The notes beneath the pieces were generated by a model. It saw only the letters and a program-made list of their open reading frames with translations. It had not been told where the DNA came from and did not search any database. From contig JADEYG010000012.1 of assembly GCA_016906335.1 (NCBI GenBank), forward strand, positions 1,054,001 through 1,118,000: a DNA stretch of 64,000 bases, given 5' to 3'. The position numbers and the translations under genes are program-made. Positions 51,991-63,644 of this stretch are shown piece by piece; positions within the stretch are counted from its first letter, which is position 1, and each line of letters begins with the position of its first letter. The DNA comes from Novakomyces olei. Lineage: Eukaryota.

Positions 51991-52140
51991 ATACATTGTT
52001 ATACATTGTTATACATTGTTATACATTGTTATACATTGTTATACATTGTTATACATTGTTATACATTGTTATACATTGTTATACATTGTTATACATTGTT
52101 ATACATTGTTATACATTGTTATACATTGTTATACATTGTT
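51991..52140. repeat. 10-bp tandem repeat (ATACATTGTT)15
   Basis: Perfect 150-bp array in the YOP1/RFX divergent intergenic region. Confidence 0.98.
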
Positions 52141-52733
52141 ATTAAATTTTTATTACATTGTTGTAATTACATTGTACTACTGTCGTTTACATTATTGTAT
52201 ACTGTCGTATTACACTGTATATCGTCGCTATTACTATTGTTATTATTATGGTAATTGCAATTATATCCTGCGCCTGAGCTTTGGCGCCATTAACAACCTC
52301 CACACCAATAGTCCGGCACGTCACCGCCTTGAGCCTTTCGCGTCGCTGAGCCCTGGCTAGATTGGGCAGACGTTACTGGTAAAAGCATTGATCTCACTTT
52401 ACGTCTTTTCTGTGCGCTGACAATAAGCTTTAATCAGCCCCATAATATTCGCGCGTATAAACAATATCTGTACGCGTCCAGCTAACCTGGCTCGCTGCTC
52501 TAATCAGCCCTCCAGAAGGACACGCGTGCGCATATAGACAGGGGAGACGGGAGCATTGAAAGGATTTCGCGGTTGTATACGATAATTACGAGGCCGATCG
52601 ATATGCGTTTCGACTGCAAATTTGCGCTATAGCCAAAGCGCGCTATCAAGAAACAAACTTTATTTGGCTCAAGAATTACAGAGAGCCGATCTTGAGAAAA
52701 GTGTCTGCCTGACTGTGCAGGCCAAAGTCCGCA

Positions 52734-55700
52734 ATGCAGCATACATCTCGGCCGCCGACGCCTTCGGGAAATGCGGCCTATGTTCCGCATCTACGCGCCT
52801 CTTTGGCAGGGATAAACCAATCTTTATCCGTCTACTCCTCTGCCCCGCAGCCGGCCGCACCAAACGTGCAGTCTTTTGCTTACCAGTCGGCAAGTAATCC
52901 GGCGTTTACGTCAGCCTCATCGTCAAATTTCCATGCTGCAAGCACTGCCGACGCTTGTAATAAACCAGGGGAGATACGCCACACTGATCCAGCGTATAAG
53001 GGCGATCATGCTGTCTCTGTGTCGTCTCACTCGGAGAGCCCACCGGTGCTGCGAGCAGCACCAGCCTCGGAGTCCTCGAACGCTCTGGCTGCGCCTACAG
53101 AGGGCGACAGGGAAGTTTTCAGGATAGCAAAGCAGTTCCAACACGAACCTCTCAACGTTTTAGCGGACAGAGTTCGTAGCGATGACCCCTCTCCTGTAGC
53201 TGACAAGACCCGGCTGGCGTTTGGGCTTTGCTGGATCTCGCGTTGCTGCTTAGGCGATTCCAAGGGCGTTGTTTTGCGAAATAAAGTGTACGCTTGTTAC
53301 ATGGAGACTTGTACACTGTTTAATGTTCGGCCTATTCCGCCGGCCTCGTTTGGCAAACTTTTACGGTCGCAGTTTACGGATCTAAAGACTCGCAGACTCG
53401 GTAATCGCGGCCAGAGCAAGTACCATTACTGTGGGATTAGGCTCGTACCCGAGGCAGGGTTTAACAACACCCCTGCTGCCGATATACTCCCTACCGCTAT
53501 CGGCTCTGCTTCCGGTGCCATGGCACCGGGATCCCTTACCGGCCCCTTCCACCACGGGTCCCTTCCCGCTGCCTCGTTCGGGTCGGCTCCCCGATCAGCT
53601 CCGGGCACACTTCCCTCCACTGCTATGGAACCCACACGTCATCAGAGTCTGCCTCTTGATCAACGTGTGCCCTCCGCGAGCTCGGTGGAATCTTACTCTC
53701 CGTATTACTACAATGCAATCTCACGCACGGCTTCCCGATACTCACACGAGGGCCAGGAGACTGTGTCTGAGGCAAAACGGCAAAAGACTCCACAGCCTCT
53801 GAATCTAGAGCGTAAAGCAGTACAAGAATCACAGCAGCAACAACAACAACAACAACAACAGCAACAACAACAACAGCAACAACAGCAACAACAACAACAA
53901 CAACAGCAACAACAGCAACAACAGCAAAACCAAAACCAAAACCAAAACCAAAACCAGCAAAGAACACCTCTGCTCTTTCAGAATCAGCAAGCAGCCCCCA
54001 TTTCACAATCGTCTCAGCCCAACAGGTTTGAAGGGCAGAGCCTTGATCCGCATACGCAGAGGCTACAGCAGTTACAGCAGCTCCAGCACGTACAGCAATT
54101 ACAGCAGATTCAGCAAGAGCAATTGGCGCGAATGCAGTCAGCAAACCAAACGGGCCATACGTCTTTTGGCCATACGTCATTTGCCGGACAATTTCAGTCA
54201 CAGGCAGCTGCAAATCCTCGTGCTCCACTGGCTCGATCTCAATCCTGGGCTCAGCCATCGGCCGCTCTAGACCTGCCACGCTCTCATTCAGTGCCGCCCA
54301 TGATGATGATGATGAAGCGGAAGCCGCAGAGTATCGGGGAGGAGATGCGCGGCGGCACTAGCGCTAGTAGCAGCAATTCTTTTGCCGGCCATACAATAAA
54401 TAGACTGGCACTCCCCTCAGGCTCTAGAGCCAGGCACGGCTCAAGAGCCGGACGGAGAAAGCCGTCAGCCAAAGCCAGCCATACAATAAACCATCGTCGG
54501 CTTCCGCCCTATATGCCACAGAGCCAATTGGCTATCGGAGCAGCGCCCTACTCGGCTCCGGGCAAACTGAATATGCGGTTCCCACAGACTTTTCCTCCAG
54601 CGACTCCGAAATCAATGGACCACCAATCCTTCCGTCTGCCGGATATCGGCAGCTACTTACCTTCAGACTGCCCTGGCGAGCTCGGCCAGTCACTGTACGA
54701 CTTGTACAGTGCTCATTGTATGAAGCTGATTGATGCTATTCGCTATGTGAGGTTAAAACAGTTCCAGACTTTGGTGGCCGAGTGGCCCTCGGAGCTTTTG
54801 CCTGGCGTAGCTGCCTTATTCTCCCACGAAGCATTAGCACGTTGGATCTGGCTGTGCGATATGACAATGTACAAGGAGATAATTGCCATGCTGTGCCCTT
54901 TGGCTCTGCAGACAATCCCGGCTTACGTGCTCGACGGGCTCTGGTCCCTCTCTGTAGCTCTGCCGAGCCATGTTCAAACCGTTTATACTCGGCCTTTGAG
55001 CAGTAGTGGCAATGGCAATAGCAGCAGTACTAACCCACCTTTCCCAGTGGCCACAGTAAACGCTAAACTGGAACCTGCTCAGCTCTTCAGTATGATCCTT
55101 TCACGACTCAAAAGAGTCAATGAAAACGCACACGCAGCCGCCCGGTTTCTGGGCAATGACGCTACCCGGGAACTAATGTACTCTGACCTTACGACGTTTG
55201 TCAATTTTCGAGCTGTCATTGACCGCGAAGTGCCCTGCCAGGAGTACAGAGCCTTCGCCGTTGTGGGCGATATCTGTAACCTGCTTTTGCAAGGTACCAG
55301 CCTTGCCTTTGGCGACGCTTACACTCGGCCCGTGGACCATCAGCCGCAGCCTGAGAGCAAGAACGGACCAGAGTCAAATACGCGTGACGAGGACCCGAAT
55401 TTTGATGAAATGGACAATCATTTACGGCCGCAAAGTTACTCAAACTATGCAAACCCAAACTATGCAAACCCAAACTATGCAAATTCAAATTATGCAAATT
55501 CAAACTATGCAAATTCAAACTATGCAAATTCAAACTATGCAAATTCAAACTCAAACTATGCAAATTCCAACTATGCAAACTCAAACTATAGTGCAAATAA
55601 TGGTACCGAAGTGGACACTGATCCTCGTCACCAACGGCACACGCCCAAAGATCCCACAGGCGGCCGATCAGGACCGCAGCCGACGACGCCGGGCTCGTTT

Positions 55701-57443
55701 GCCAGTGCTCAGGAACAGGGCGACGGAGGCGTTATTAATCGATGGGCAAAGTTCCTGACAGGACTGCCTCAACGGTTCCCTGGCGTCGACGCTCGTACAC
55801 TGCTGCTCTGCATGTCCAATCTCGAATCAGCTATTCTCCGCGAGATTACTGTTGCCTGTGGCGACAGTTTTGGAGCTTGGTGGGTCGTGCGCTGCTGGAT
55901 GGACGAGTGGATGTCTTGGCTCGCTGAACTAGGCGCTCTTTTTGCCCCTGACAGTTTGTCCAGTGGGCCTGTAGACGAAGAGAATAAGGGTATGAGTAAG
56001 GAATTAAATGGTAACAAAATCGACGGCAATGAGAACGGCAATGAAAACGGAAACGGCAACGAAAACGGCAATGAAAACGGCAATGAAAACGGCAATGAAA
56101 ACCAAAACGAAGACTATACCAGTTTTGGGTACGGGTTTAGCGCTGGCAATAGCGGTAGCTATACTACAGAATTTGACCAGGAGGAGACGAGTGAGCAGGC
56201 AAACGAGGCAAATTTGCCTCATCGGCCGCAGTACTCTTTGCCCAATTTCTACGACGATTTGTCTGCAGCGACTCCCATGTCTGCTCCGCCCGAGACTGCA
56301 GCCTTTCACGTTCAACCTTCGACGAGTTTAGAGGACGATATTTCTGCGTACTTTGACACTGACGGCTCGTCTAGTGTGAATGCGCGTAAACGAATACGGT
56401 CTGAAAGCGCAGCATTAGCAGCGGCAGCTACTGCTGCTGCTGCTGCTGCCGCTGCTGCCGCTGCTGCTAATGCCAATTTAAACGCTAACGAAAAAGGCCT
56501 CTTGTCCAACAGTTCCGCAACGGCCAAAGGCCGGCTGAATGTGAATACGAATGTGAATACTAATACTAATACGAATACGAATACTAAAACTGCTGGTGGG
56601 AGAGGGCAGCGGATGAAACCAGACGCCTCTCGAGACTTTGGTGTACAGAGTTTGCGATCAAGGCAGTCTAATCGAACGCACAGCTACCACGGCGGCCAGG
56701 TAGCGATATTTGCTGGTTCTTCAGAGTCAGGAGCCGGCTTTGACGGTGGCAGAACGGACTTGCAGATTGGTAAAATGGGAGGCGGCCAGGCAATGCATAC
56801 TAGTCTTCAGCGCCAACATGCGGCCAGGCAGCGAAGGGGTAGTCGTAAATCGAGAAGCTTACAGGGAGCAAAAGATGCATCGTTTTCAAGTACTGCCTTC
56901 CAGCCCAACCAGCCTAAACCCTTTGACGATGAGAGTATACAGGCGGCAAACTTCCAGGCGAACGGGGCTTATCCAGAGCCAAGCAGCCAGCAATTGCCCT
57001 TGCCGGAGATGGAAAAGCAGAGCTTTGATTCTCCAGCGGATCATCTGCGTCAGGGCGGTAGTAGTGCAGTTTTGCCACACGGAAATGGGGAGGCTCAAGG
57101 TAGTGAAAACAGCGAAACAAGCGAGAGCAGCAGTGCAGCCGAGGCGGATGGCTCAACGGCTGTGGCCACAGCCGTTGCTGAGGCATCAGACGCTCTTCTC
57201 CACGAAGCAGCAAACCCTCGTTCGTCATCTGCAGTGGCGGAAGATTTTATTAAACAGATTACGTATGGCGGAGACGATGAAGAGGCAGATATAGACGAGG
57301 CAGCAAGCGCTGAGGCTGCTGTTTCAATTGACGATGAAGACTCTGCTCTACATCAGGAGCAGGAAGGGCATTTGCATGTCGCGTCTGTTGTAGGATTAGA
57401 TGCGTCAAATATGGCTCCGGCTCAGCACGATAGGGGGCAGTGA
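52734..57443 (+). CDS. RFX winged-helix transcription factor (Sak1/Rfx1-like), 1569 aa, with polyQ and several peptide repeats
   Basis: RFX DNA-binding motif VYACY...IPPASFGKLLRSQFTDLKTRRLGNRGQSKYHYCGI. C-terminal RFX region LYSAHC...REITVACGDSFGAWWVVRCWMDEW. Confidence 0.93.
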   Translation: MQHTSRPPTPSGNAAYVPHLRASLAGINQSLSVYSSAPQPAAPNVQSFAYQSASNPAFTSASSSNFHAASTADACNKPGEIRHTDPAYKGDHAVSVSSHSESPPVLRAAPASESSNALAAPTEGDREVFRIAKQFQHEPLNVLADRVRSDDPSPVADKTRLAFGLCWISRCCLGDSKGVVLRNKVYACYMETCTLFNVRPIPPASFGKLLRSQFTDLKTRRLGNRGQSKYHYCGIRLVPEAGFNNTPAADILPTAIGSASGAMAPGSLTGPFHHGSLPAASFGSAPRSAPGTLPSTAMEPTRHQSLPLDQRVPSASSVESYSPYYYNAISRTASRYSHEGQETVSEAKRQKTPQPLNLERKAVQESQQQQQQQQQQQQQQQQQQQQQQQQQQQQQQQQNQNQNQNQNQQRTPLLFQNQQAAPISQSSQPNRFEGQSLDPHTQRLQQLQQLQHVQQLQQIQQEQLARMQSANQTGHTSFGHTSFAGQFQSQAAANPRAPLARSQSWAQPSAALDLPRSHSVPPMMMMMKRKPQSIGEEMRGGTSASSSNSFAGHTINRLALPSGSRARHGSRAGRRKPSAKASHTINHRRLPPYMPQSQLAIGAAPYSAPGKLNMRFPQTFPPATPKSMDHQSFRLPDIGSYLPSDCPGELGQSLYDLYSAHCMKLIDAIRYVRLKQFQTLVAEWPSELLPGVAALFSHEALARWIWLCDMTMYKEIIAMLCPLALQTIPAYVLDGLWSLSVALPSHVQTVYTRPLSSSGNGNSSSTNPPFPVATVNAKLEPAQLFSMILSRLKRVNENAHAAARFLGNDATRELMYSDLTTFVNFRAVIDREVPCQEYRAFAVVGDICNLLLQGTSLAFGDAYTRPVDHQPQPESKNGPESNTRDEDPNFDEMDNHLRPQSYSNYANPNYANPNYANSNYANSNYANSNYANSNYANSNSNYANSNYANSNYSANNGTEVDTDPRHQRHTPKDPTGGRSGPQPTTPGSFASAQEQGDGGVINRWAKFLTGLPQRFPGVDARTLLLCMSNLESAILREITVACGDSFGAWWVVRCWMDEWMSWLAELGALFAPDSLSSGPVDEENKGMSKELNGNKIDGNENGNENGNGNENGNENGNENGNENQNEDYTSFGYGFSAGNSGSYTTEFDQEETSEQANEANLPHRPQYSLPNFYDDLSAATPMSAPPETAAFHVQPSTSLEDDISAYFDTDGSSSVNARKRIRSESAALAAAATAAAAAAAAAAAANANLNANEKGLLSNSSATAKGRLNVNTNVNTNTNTNTNTKTAGGRGQRMKPDASRDFGVQSLRSRQSNRTHSYHGGQVAIFAGSSESGAGFDGGRTDLQIGKMGGGQAMHTSLQRQHAARQRRGSRKSRSLQGAKDASFSSTAFQPNQPKPFDDESIQAANFQANGAYPEPSSQQLPLPEMEKQSFDSPADHLRQGGSSAVLPHGNGEAQGSENSETSESSSAAEADGSTAVATAVAEASDALLHEAANPRSSSAVAEDFIKQITYGGDDEEADIDEAASAEAAVSIDDEDSALHQEQEGHLHVASVVGLDASNMAPAQHDRGQ

Positions 57444-57789
57444 GTTTTTAGATTAGGACAAGGCTTGGTATATTAGGGGCGCGCGTTGAAGGGACTCTGG
57501 TCTTGTGCCGTTGTGACGAGGCCAGTGTAAAAGCACCGTTGCTGTATTGTTAATAGCAGATTTTCGATTTGTACGATTAGCGTTTTCGGGTTATGATGTT
57601 TTATAATTTAAAGTGTTTTGGATACGTTTCTGTAATCATTCGCCGGTACGGTTAGCGTGAACGGAGACTGTGTTTTGTTATAATTGCTGCGTCATTGCCT
57701 CCGTCGTCAGCGTGTTGCCCAGTAGAACGAAGTGAATTTATGATTTTATTTTTTAAATTTTAAGTTTTTTATCTGTATAAAAGACTTAT

Positions 57790-58020
57790 AGTATAATATT
57801 TTTATAATATAATTATTTGTTTATAATTATTTTTATAATATAATTATTTTTATAATACATAATTATAATTATTTGTTTATAATTATTTGTTTGTTTATAC
57901 AATTATTTGCTTATACAATTATTTGTTTATATAAGTATCAGGTTTATATTGTTTTTGATTAATTAATACATTATTAATAATATTATAATATAAATTATTA
58001 TAATAAATTAATTATTATAT
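57790..58020. repeat. A/T-rich degenerate tandem array (TATAATTATTT-type units)
   Basis: Ends about 40 bp before the PEX3 ATG. Confidence 0.8.
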
Positions 58021-58059
58021 GTATATCATATTACGATATTAACGCATCATTCGCGTGCG

Positions 58060-59502
58060 ATGGCGACCAACGGATCAGGTTCGTTTGTGCGGAGGCACCG
58101 TCGGACGTTAGCCATAACAGCCGCAGCTGTTGGCGGCGCTTATTTCACATTTCGCGTATTGCGAACCAAAATAGCTCAGTATGCGAAGCGAACATCGTCC
58201 GAGATCAATGGACGCGACAAGTATGCATATACCCCATCTTTCTCTGTGTCGCATGATCCTCATCGACCGCTGCCCTAATAGACTAAATTTTATTAATGCA
58301 ACGTTACTAATTGCAGTCTACGACGAAGGTTTGAGCAAAACCAGCAGGACTGTTATTTTACAGTGAGCGCGTTGCTGCCACGGCTGGTGCAGGATATTAT
58401 AGCCGCTCTGCCAGTCGAGGCAATTACGCACCAGATCCAAGCGCTTCGTGGCCCCTCACAACGCGCCTCGCAAATATCGCAAGACTCGATTTCAAGCAAT
58501 GCTATTGAGCCGCAGCCTGGTGCTAATGGACCGGCGCCAGCACTGACAAAACTGGAACTATGGAACCGGCTAAAGATTACTAGTATTACGCGTACTCTGA
58601 CCTGCTTTTACGCACTCAGTCTTTTGATACTGTTGATAAGAACACAGTTAAACTTGGTGGGCCGTCAGCATTACGTTGCCTCGGTCCTGGAAATGGCTGC
58701 GCCTCATCGGCCCGATGCTCCGATAGAGCTGAGGGATGAGAGTGAGCTGCCACAGCACGAATTGCACCGCAAATATCTCGGGTATTCCTGGTGGCTTTTG
58801 CACCGAGGATGGCCGCGTATATGTGACCGTGTTCGAGGAGCGGTTGAGCAGGTTTTTGATCGTGTTAGTCCACGTGATGAAATGTCTCCCGCTCAGTTTA
58901 GGCTTTTACTGGCCCGCGTGCGTCATCGAGTGGAGACGCAAACTGGCGAGGCCAATCAACATGCAAGTGAACATGCGAGTGAACAGGGCTCAGGATTGAG
59001 TACAGCTCCTTTCAAATGGCAGGGAATATTGCTTCCAGAAGCGGATGACACTGATGCACTGGATGATTTACCGCCTGATACTGTACCAGGCCTTTTGCAG
59101 TTGCTGGAGGAGACGCGTGACCTGTTGGAGAGCCCAGATGCTCTTGCTTGTATTACGCGGACAATGGACGCTGCTGTTGCGTTACTTGTCGAAGTAAAAC
59201 TGGCCCCAACGTTTGCCAAAACCAGTGGGTCGGTTAGACTTGCCAATATTCTGGCTAAAGTAGCCAATCAGCCACAGGCTCTCATATCGACAGATGCCTC
59301 GTTGACCCCGAGCGAGCGGTACATCGATGTAATGGAGGCAGTGGGGGAAGTGAATGCTTATGCTGCCGTTGTGTACAGTTCATTTGACCCAGCCGAGTTT
59401 ACAATTCCCGCCGAGGAGGAGGAAGATGTTGAAGAGGCGGAGAGGCAGGGCTGGGGGCTGGGAAATTTGTACCGTCATGCGCAAAACTGGATCGGGAATT
59501 AG
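58060..59502 (+). CDS. PEX3: Peroxisomal membrane biogenesis factor Pex3; intron 58221-58316
   Basis: N-terminal FVRRHRR plus transmembrane segment, spliced NLRRRFEQNQQDCYFTV, then KLELWNRLKI, RTQLNLVGR and SWWLLHRGW. Confidence 0.93.
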
Positions 59503-60271
59503 GAGGACATTTGTATACATAAATGGAATGGAAGAAATACATGCGGGCCAACGCACGATTGTGCCCACACCATTTTTGTAATCATTAGTCCGATCAACGA
59601 GCATAGCGTTGGCTTTCAGTTTAAGTTCAGCGTGTTCAATTGTGGTTGTTGGGGCGGGTAATGGTTGCAAATATACGACGCGGACAATATATTTCTAATA
59701 TACTAGTTTAATGGCTGATGCTAATGAAAATATTCATTACAACTTGCGTCTATAATTGAACAATTTGATTCCGCAAGAGCAGGGCATTGCTCTACTGCTG
59801 TCTTATACGATTTATTGGACTGTTTGTGCTTTAAATAAATCATGTACCCTCAAATTCAGTCTATCTAATTTGTACGCTTTCAGATAAGGAATCGCTCCCG
59901 GCCTTGGCCCTTAGACGTGGCTCAGTGCGAAGGGTTCAGTAGCGTGCCTACACGACTTGATCTTCCCGTAGAATGAGACTCGAAAGGACACGGAAGGCTA
60001 AAAAGCCAGCCCCGGAGCCAAACATACGGGATTAATTGGAAAAGCAATCGAGTGCTATAAACAGAGACAAAAAGCCAGCAGCCTGGCAAAATATAATAGC
60101 AACAAAACAGAAAACGCAAACCAATAAACCAAAGTCAGGTGGGAGCAGCTATTGTATGGGAAGCGAAGTGAGGCGCGCGAAATTTACAGGAATCAGGTCC
60201 GTAGTACAGTAAAAGGTTTTAGTCATATTCCCCGCGAAGTGCATGCATAATCTATACACAAAGACCCGGAT

Positions 60272-60703
60272 TCAATGGTGCTCCGATTCCCACGGATGTT
60301 CAATTCCCTATAGCGCAATTAGTCCAGTGATCAGATCAAAAAGCCATACAAACATAGTCTTTCCGTCTTTGCGGATCCGGTAAAAGATCCAAAACCACAT
60401 AGTAGCTCCTAAAGCTTTGCCAGCCCACCGATGAAAGCCTGAAAGAAATTAGTAACAATCTGGCTTGGTCTGGTAGTCGGCGATTGGGATTCAAATTGCA
60501 GGGACACAAAGAAGAAAAAGTAAAAAAAAAAAAAAAAAAAAAGAACGAGAAAAAGCAAAGACGAAGAAAAGAAAACCTGGTCCAGCTAGGGCGCCAGTAA
60601 ACGATCAGTTAAGACTTCAGTACTTACGCGGCGGTGGTCGGTAGGCAATGGGACCCACCGGATTATAGTCATTGGCTCCATGAGCACCGTGAGCACCCGC
60701 CAT
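60272..60703 (-). CDS. Mitochondrial complex I accessory subunit NDUFB2/AGGG-like, 66 aa; exons 60703-60628, 60438-60350, 60307-60272
   Basis: Spliced MAGAHGAHGANDYNPVGPIAYRPPPRFHRWAGKALGATMWFWIFYRIRKDGKTMFGIEHPWESEHH. The MWFWIFYR...G..HPW signature is present and both introns are canonical. Confidence 0.85.
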
Positions 60704-61052
60704 GACGCGTGTCGCCTTTTTGAGATTGGGCGAGACGGTAATTACAGCAGTTTGGATACTTGTCCGTGATGCTCGTCCTTTTCAGTCTTTCAATTCCTCA
60801 TTCTACAAAATAGTCAAGTAATCTTAAAGTGCTGTGAAAGATAAACATGCTCGAGGAAAACCCTAACTAACCCTAATGAACATTTATTGGATATAAATTA
60901 TACTCGATTAGTGGTAAACGGGTAAACAGCTAATTTTACTAATTTTACTTGCAAATCAGTTAATTACCAACAGATTGTATGAGATTTAACAGTCTTAGTT
61001 TACCGTACAAAAATAATAATGATAAATAATTAAATACAAAAAAAAAAATAAC

Positions 61053-61150
<98 letters not shown>
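61053..61150. repeat. (AAT)n microsatellite, about 32 copies
   Basis: Perfect run between the NDUFB2-like and TBC genes. Confidence 0.97.
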
Positions 61151-61151
<1 letters not shown>

Positions 61152-61296
61152 GAATTGCGGAAAATATACGTATTAAATATACATATAAATATTTCGCTGT
61201 ACGCGGCGATATACATCCTCAACTGGCTTTGGCCAATATGGACTAGGACACGAGCCGAAAGCGCTTCACTAAATTGCGCCCAAATCTGCGGCAGAC

Positions 61297-62862
61297 ATGT
61301 TGTCTAACGACAAGCTTTACCGTGTCCTTAAAGCCTATGCAAACTATGATCCCCAAGTGGGCTACACTCAAGGAATGGGTACGCGTCTTTTGTTCAATCA
61401 AGCGTGTAGCTAACAAGTTGTGCAGCATGGATCGCTGGCGCTCTACTGGTTCATGTAAGATTAGGCTTCATCTATTCTGTTTTATTTTGCCTTCTTATTT
61501 AGCTCATAAACGCTGTATATTAATTGGGTCAGTTGCCGGAAGAAGAGGCTTTTGCTGTCTTAGTTCGGCTTATGAAAGAATATGATTTGCGATCGTTTTA
61601 TACACCGGAAATGGAGGGACTCACTCTGAGATTGTACCAATTCGATCGTCTAGTGGAAGATAATGTGCCGCGCGTGGCCATACATTTGCAAAGACAAGGC
61701 ATAAAATCAAACATGTACGCGACACAATGGTTCATGACGTAAGTTTGGGGTTGCTATTATACCTACCGGGTTTTGTAGCCTATGATTCTGACACGGTTTA
61801 GCTTATTTGCATACAAATTTCCGATGGCCATGGTTTTCCGTATTTTCGACGTTGTTTTCACAGAGGGTGTAGAGGCTATTCTGCGATTTGGTGTGTCGCT
61901 TATAAAGCGAAATCAGCAGCGCATCTTATCACTTGAATTTGACAATTTGCTCGAGTTTTTGAAAGAAGGATTATTCACATCGTATTTGTCTGTAAGTACT
62001 TTTTAGAAATTTCAAACATTCACACTGTTTTTGGCGGTCTGCGGCGATCATATTCCGTTCATTACCACTAATTACCTAATTGCAGCGTAGTATGTTCTGT
62101 TCTATATTTTTGTTTATTTTTGTTTGTTTACTGTTGAATTTGATTTTCAATCAAAGTTTAATCGCCAATTCGGTACACTCCTCGCGATTTGTCCGTTTGC
62201 TTTGTACAAGCCCATTCTCATCAGATCACAGCACAACTACTCAATTTATCAGCTACTAACAACAGGACACGGGCAAATCTGGCATGCAGTCATACGCAAT
62301 GATGCGCAGCAATTCCCAGTCGACGTATCTTGTGGACGATTTCGTTTTTGACGCGAGCGATATTCATTTAACCCGAGTTGAACTCGATCAGTATGCACGA
62401 ATGTACGCTACCCAGCATGAAGCAGAAGTAGCAGAGCAAGTGGAAAAAGAAGGCCTCAAAGCACAAAATGCAGAAATGACAGCGCGACTGAAGAAGTTGG
62501 AATTTGATTATTCTGCCCTCGATCGTGCACAGCTAGATATTACGGAAGCCTTTAGCCGAGGAAAGATGGAAGTGGCCCGCATCACAGAGCAGAATGAGAC
62601 TCTACGTGAGGAAAATACAGATCTAAAACTGCGACTTAACTCTGTTCCGGACGAATTGGAACAAAAGTATAAAGGCCAACTGGCAGAATCAGCAGAGCAA
62701 CGAGAGGCAGCTCTAGCAGATAAAACTGTACTTGAACTGCAGCTTGCTGGCATGGAGCAAGATCTGATAAGAGTAAAAATGGACTATGCTAACTTAAACG
62801 ATACCCATGCGAAATTGGTTCATCGATGGCAAGATCTGCGGCGGCATATCGAGACGGACTGA
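61297..62862 (+). CDS. Gyp5/Gyp51-like Rab-GAP (TBC C-terminal half plus coiled coil), apparently N-terminally truncated; exons 61297-61378, 61426-61454, 61533-61738, 61802-61991, 62266-62862 (367 aa)
   Basis: LYRVLKAYANYDPQVGYTQGMAWIAGALL, EEEAFAVL, LYQFDRLVED and MYATQWFMTLFAYKFP. An in-frame TAA lies at 61270, upstream of the first ATG. Confidence 0.8.
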
Positions 62863-63644
62863 TACAATAGAAGTAGTTTTCATTTTCGTTTTATCTTTTT
62901 TTTCTAGCTTAGAGTTGATATATATATATTTTTTATCGTACAATTCAATTCAGTTTGTACGTGTTTTATATTATTTTCTTTGTAATCTTGTATCAAGGCA
63001 ATACGGAACAATCTTTGAGCGGCCACTGACCAACACGATAATATTAATACGAAGTACTTTTCAATAATTAAAAGCATTTGTGTGTCGTGTCTTGTATTTG
63101 AATGGAGTTGTTCGTACAAGACTTTTAGGAGTAGTAGCATTTCGAGAAGCACTTGTTTTTAAATGTGCTACTTTACTGAAAGCGAGAAGAACACTTTAAT
63201 GTGCTTGCACATCGCGATTAGACGCAGAAAATTTACAATATCCACCCCACGAATCAATCCTAAAATAGTCTAAAATACATGACTTTGCGTTTATCTGCAT
63301 GAATGTATTTATCTATTTGTTCTTTATTCGAAATCAGCCTTCTTGACTGCCCAATCTACTCGGTCTAACGAAAAAAAAAAAAAAAAAAGCCAATTATTTA
63401 TTTACTGCTATGAAAATCGGTAATTAAATTAAAATGTTAAATTTTTAATTTTTGACGCGTTATAGTCTACCCGTCGTAATTTCAGGCATGATTGCAATCA
63501 TGGATCAATAAAAACAAAGGATAACATTTCGGCTTTTATTAGGGTTAGGGTTTTCTTATCTCGATAACGATTACCGTGTTTCAAGATCCGACTTTACATT
63601 CGCGCCGGAACCAGCCCGCGTTGCCGTCGACACGTGTCCGACCA

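Noticed and set aside
51946..52360. ORFs with (YIVIHCYTLL)n, and the 10-bp array as a possible CRISPR
   Set aside because: It is a pure tandem repeat with no spacers and no cas genes, in a eukaryotic context.
59865..59975. Branch/acceptor-like site (CTAAT...TTTCAG) and a GIAPGL peptide as possible missing 5' TBC exon
   Set aside because: The peptide is flanked by stop codons, no TBC motif follows, and there is no compatible donor.
60995..61222. Poly-Leu ORF
   Set aside because: It is the antisense reading of (AAT)n.
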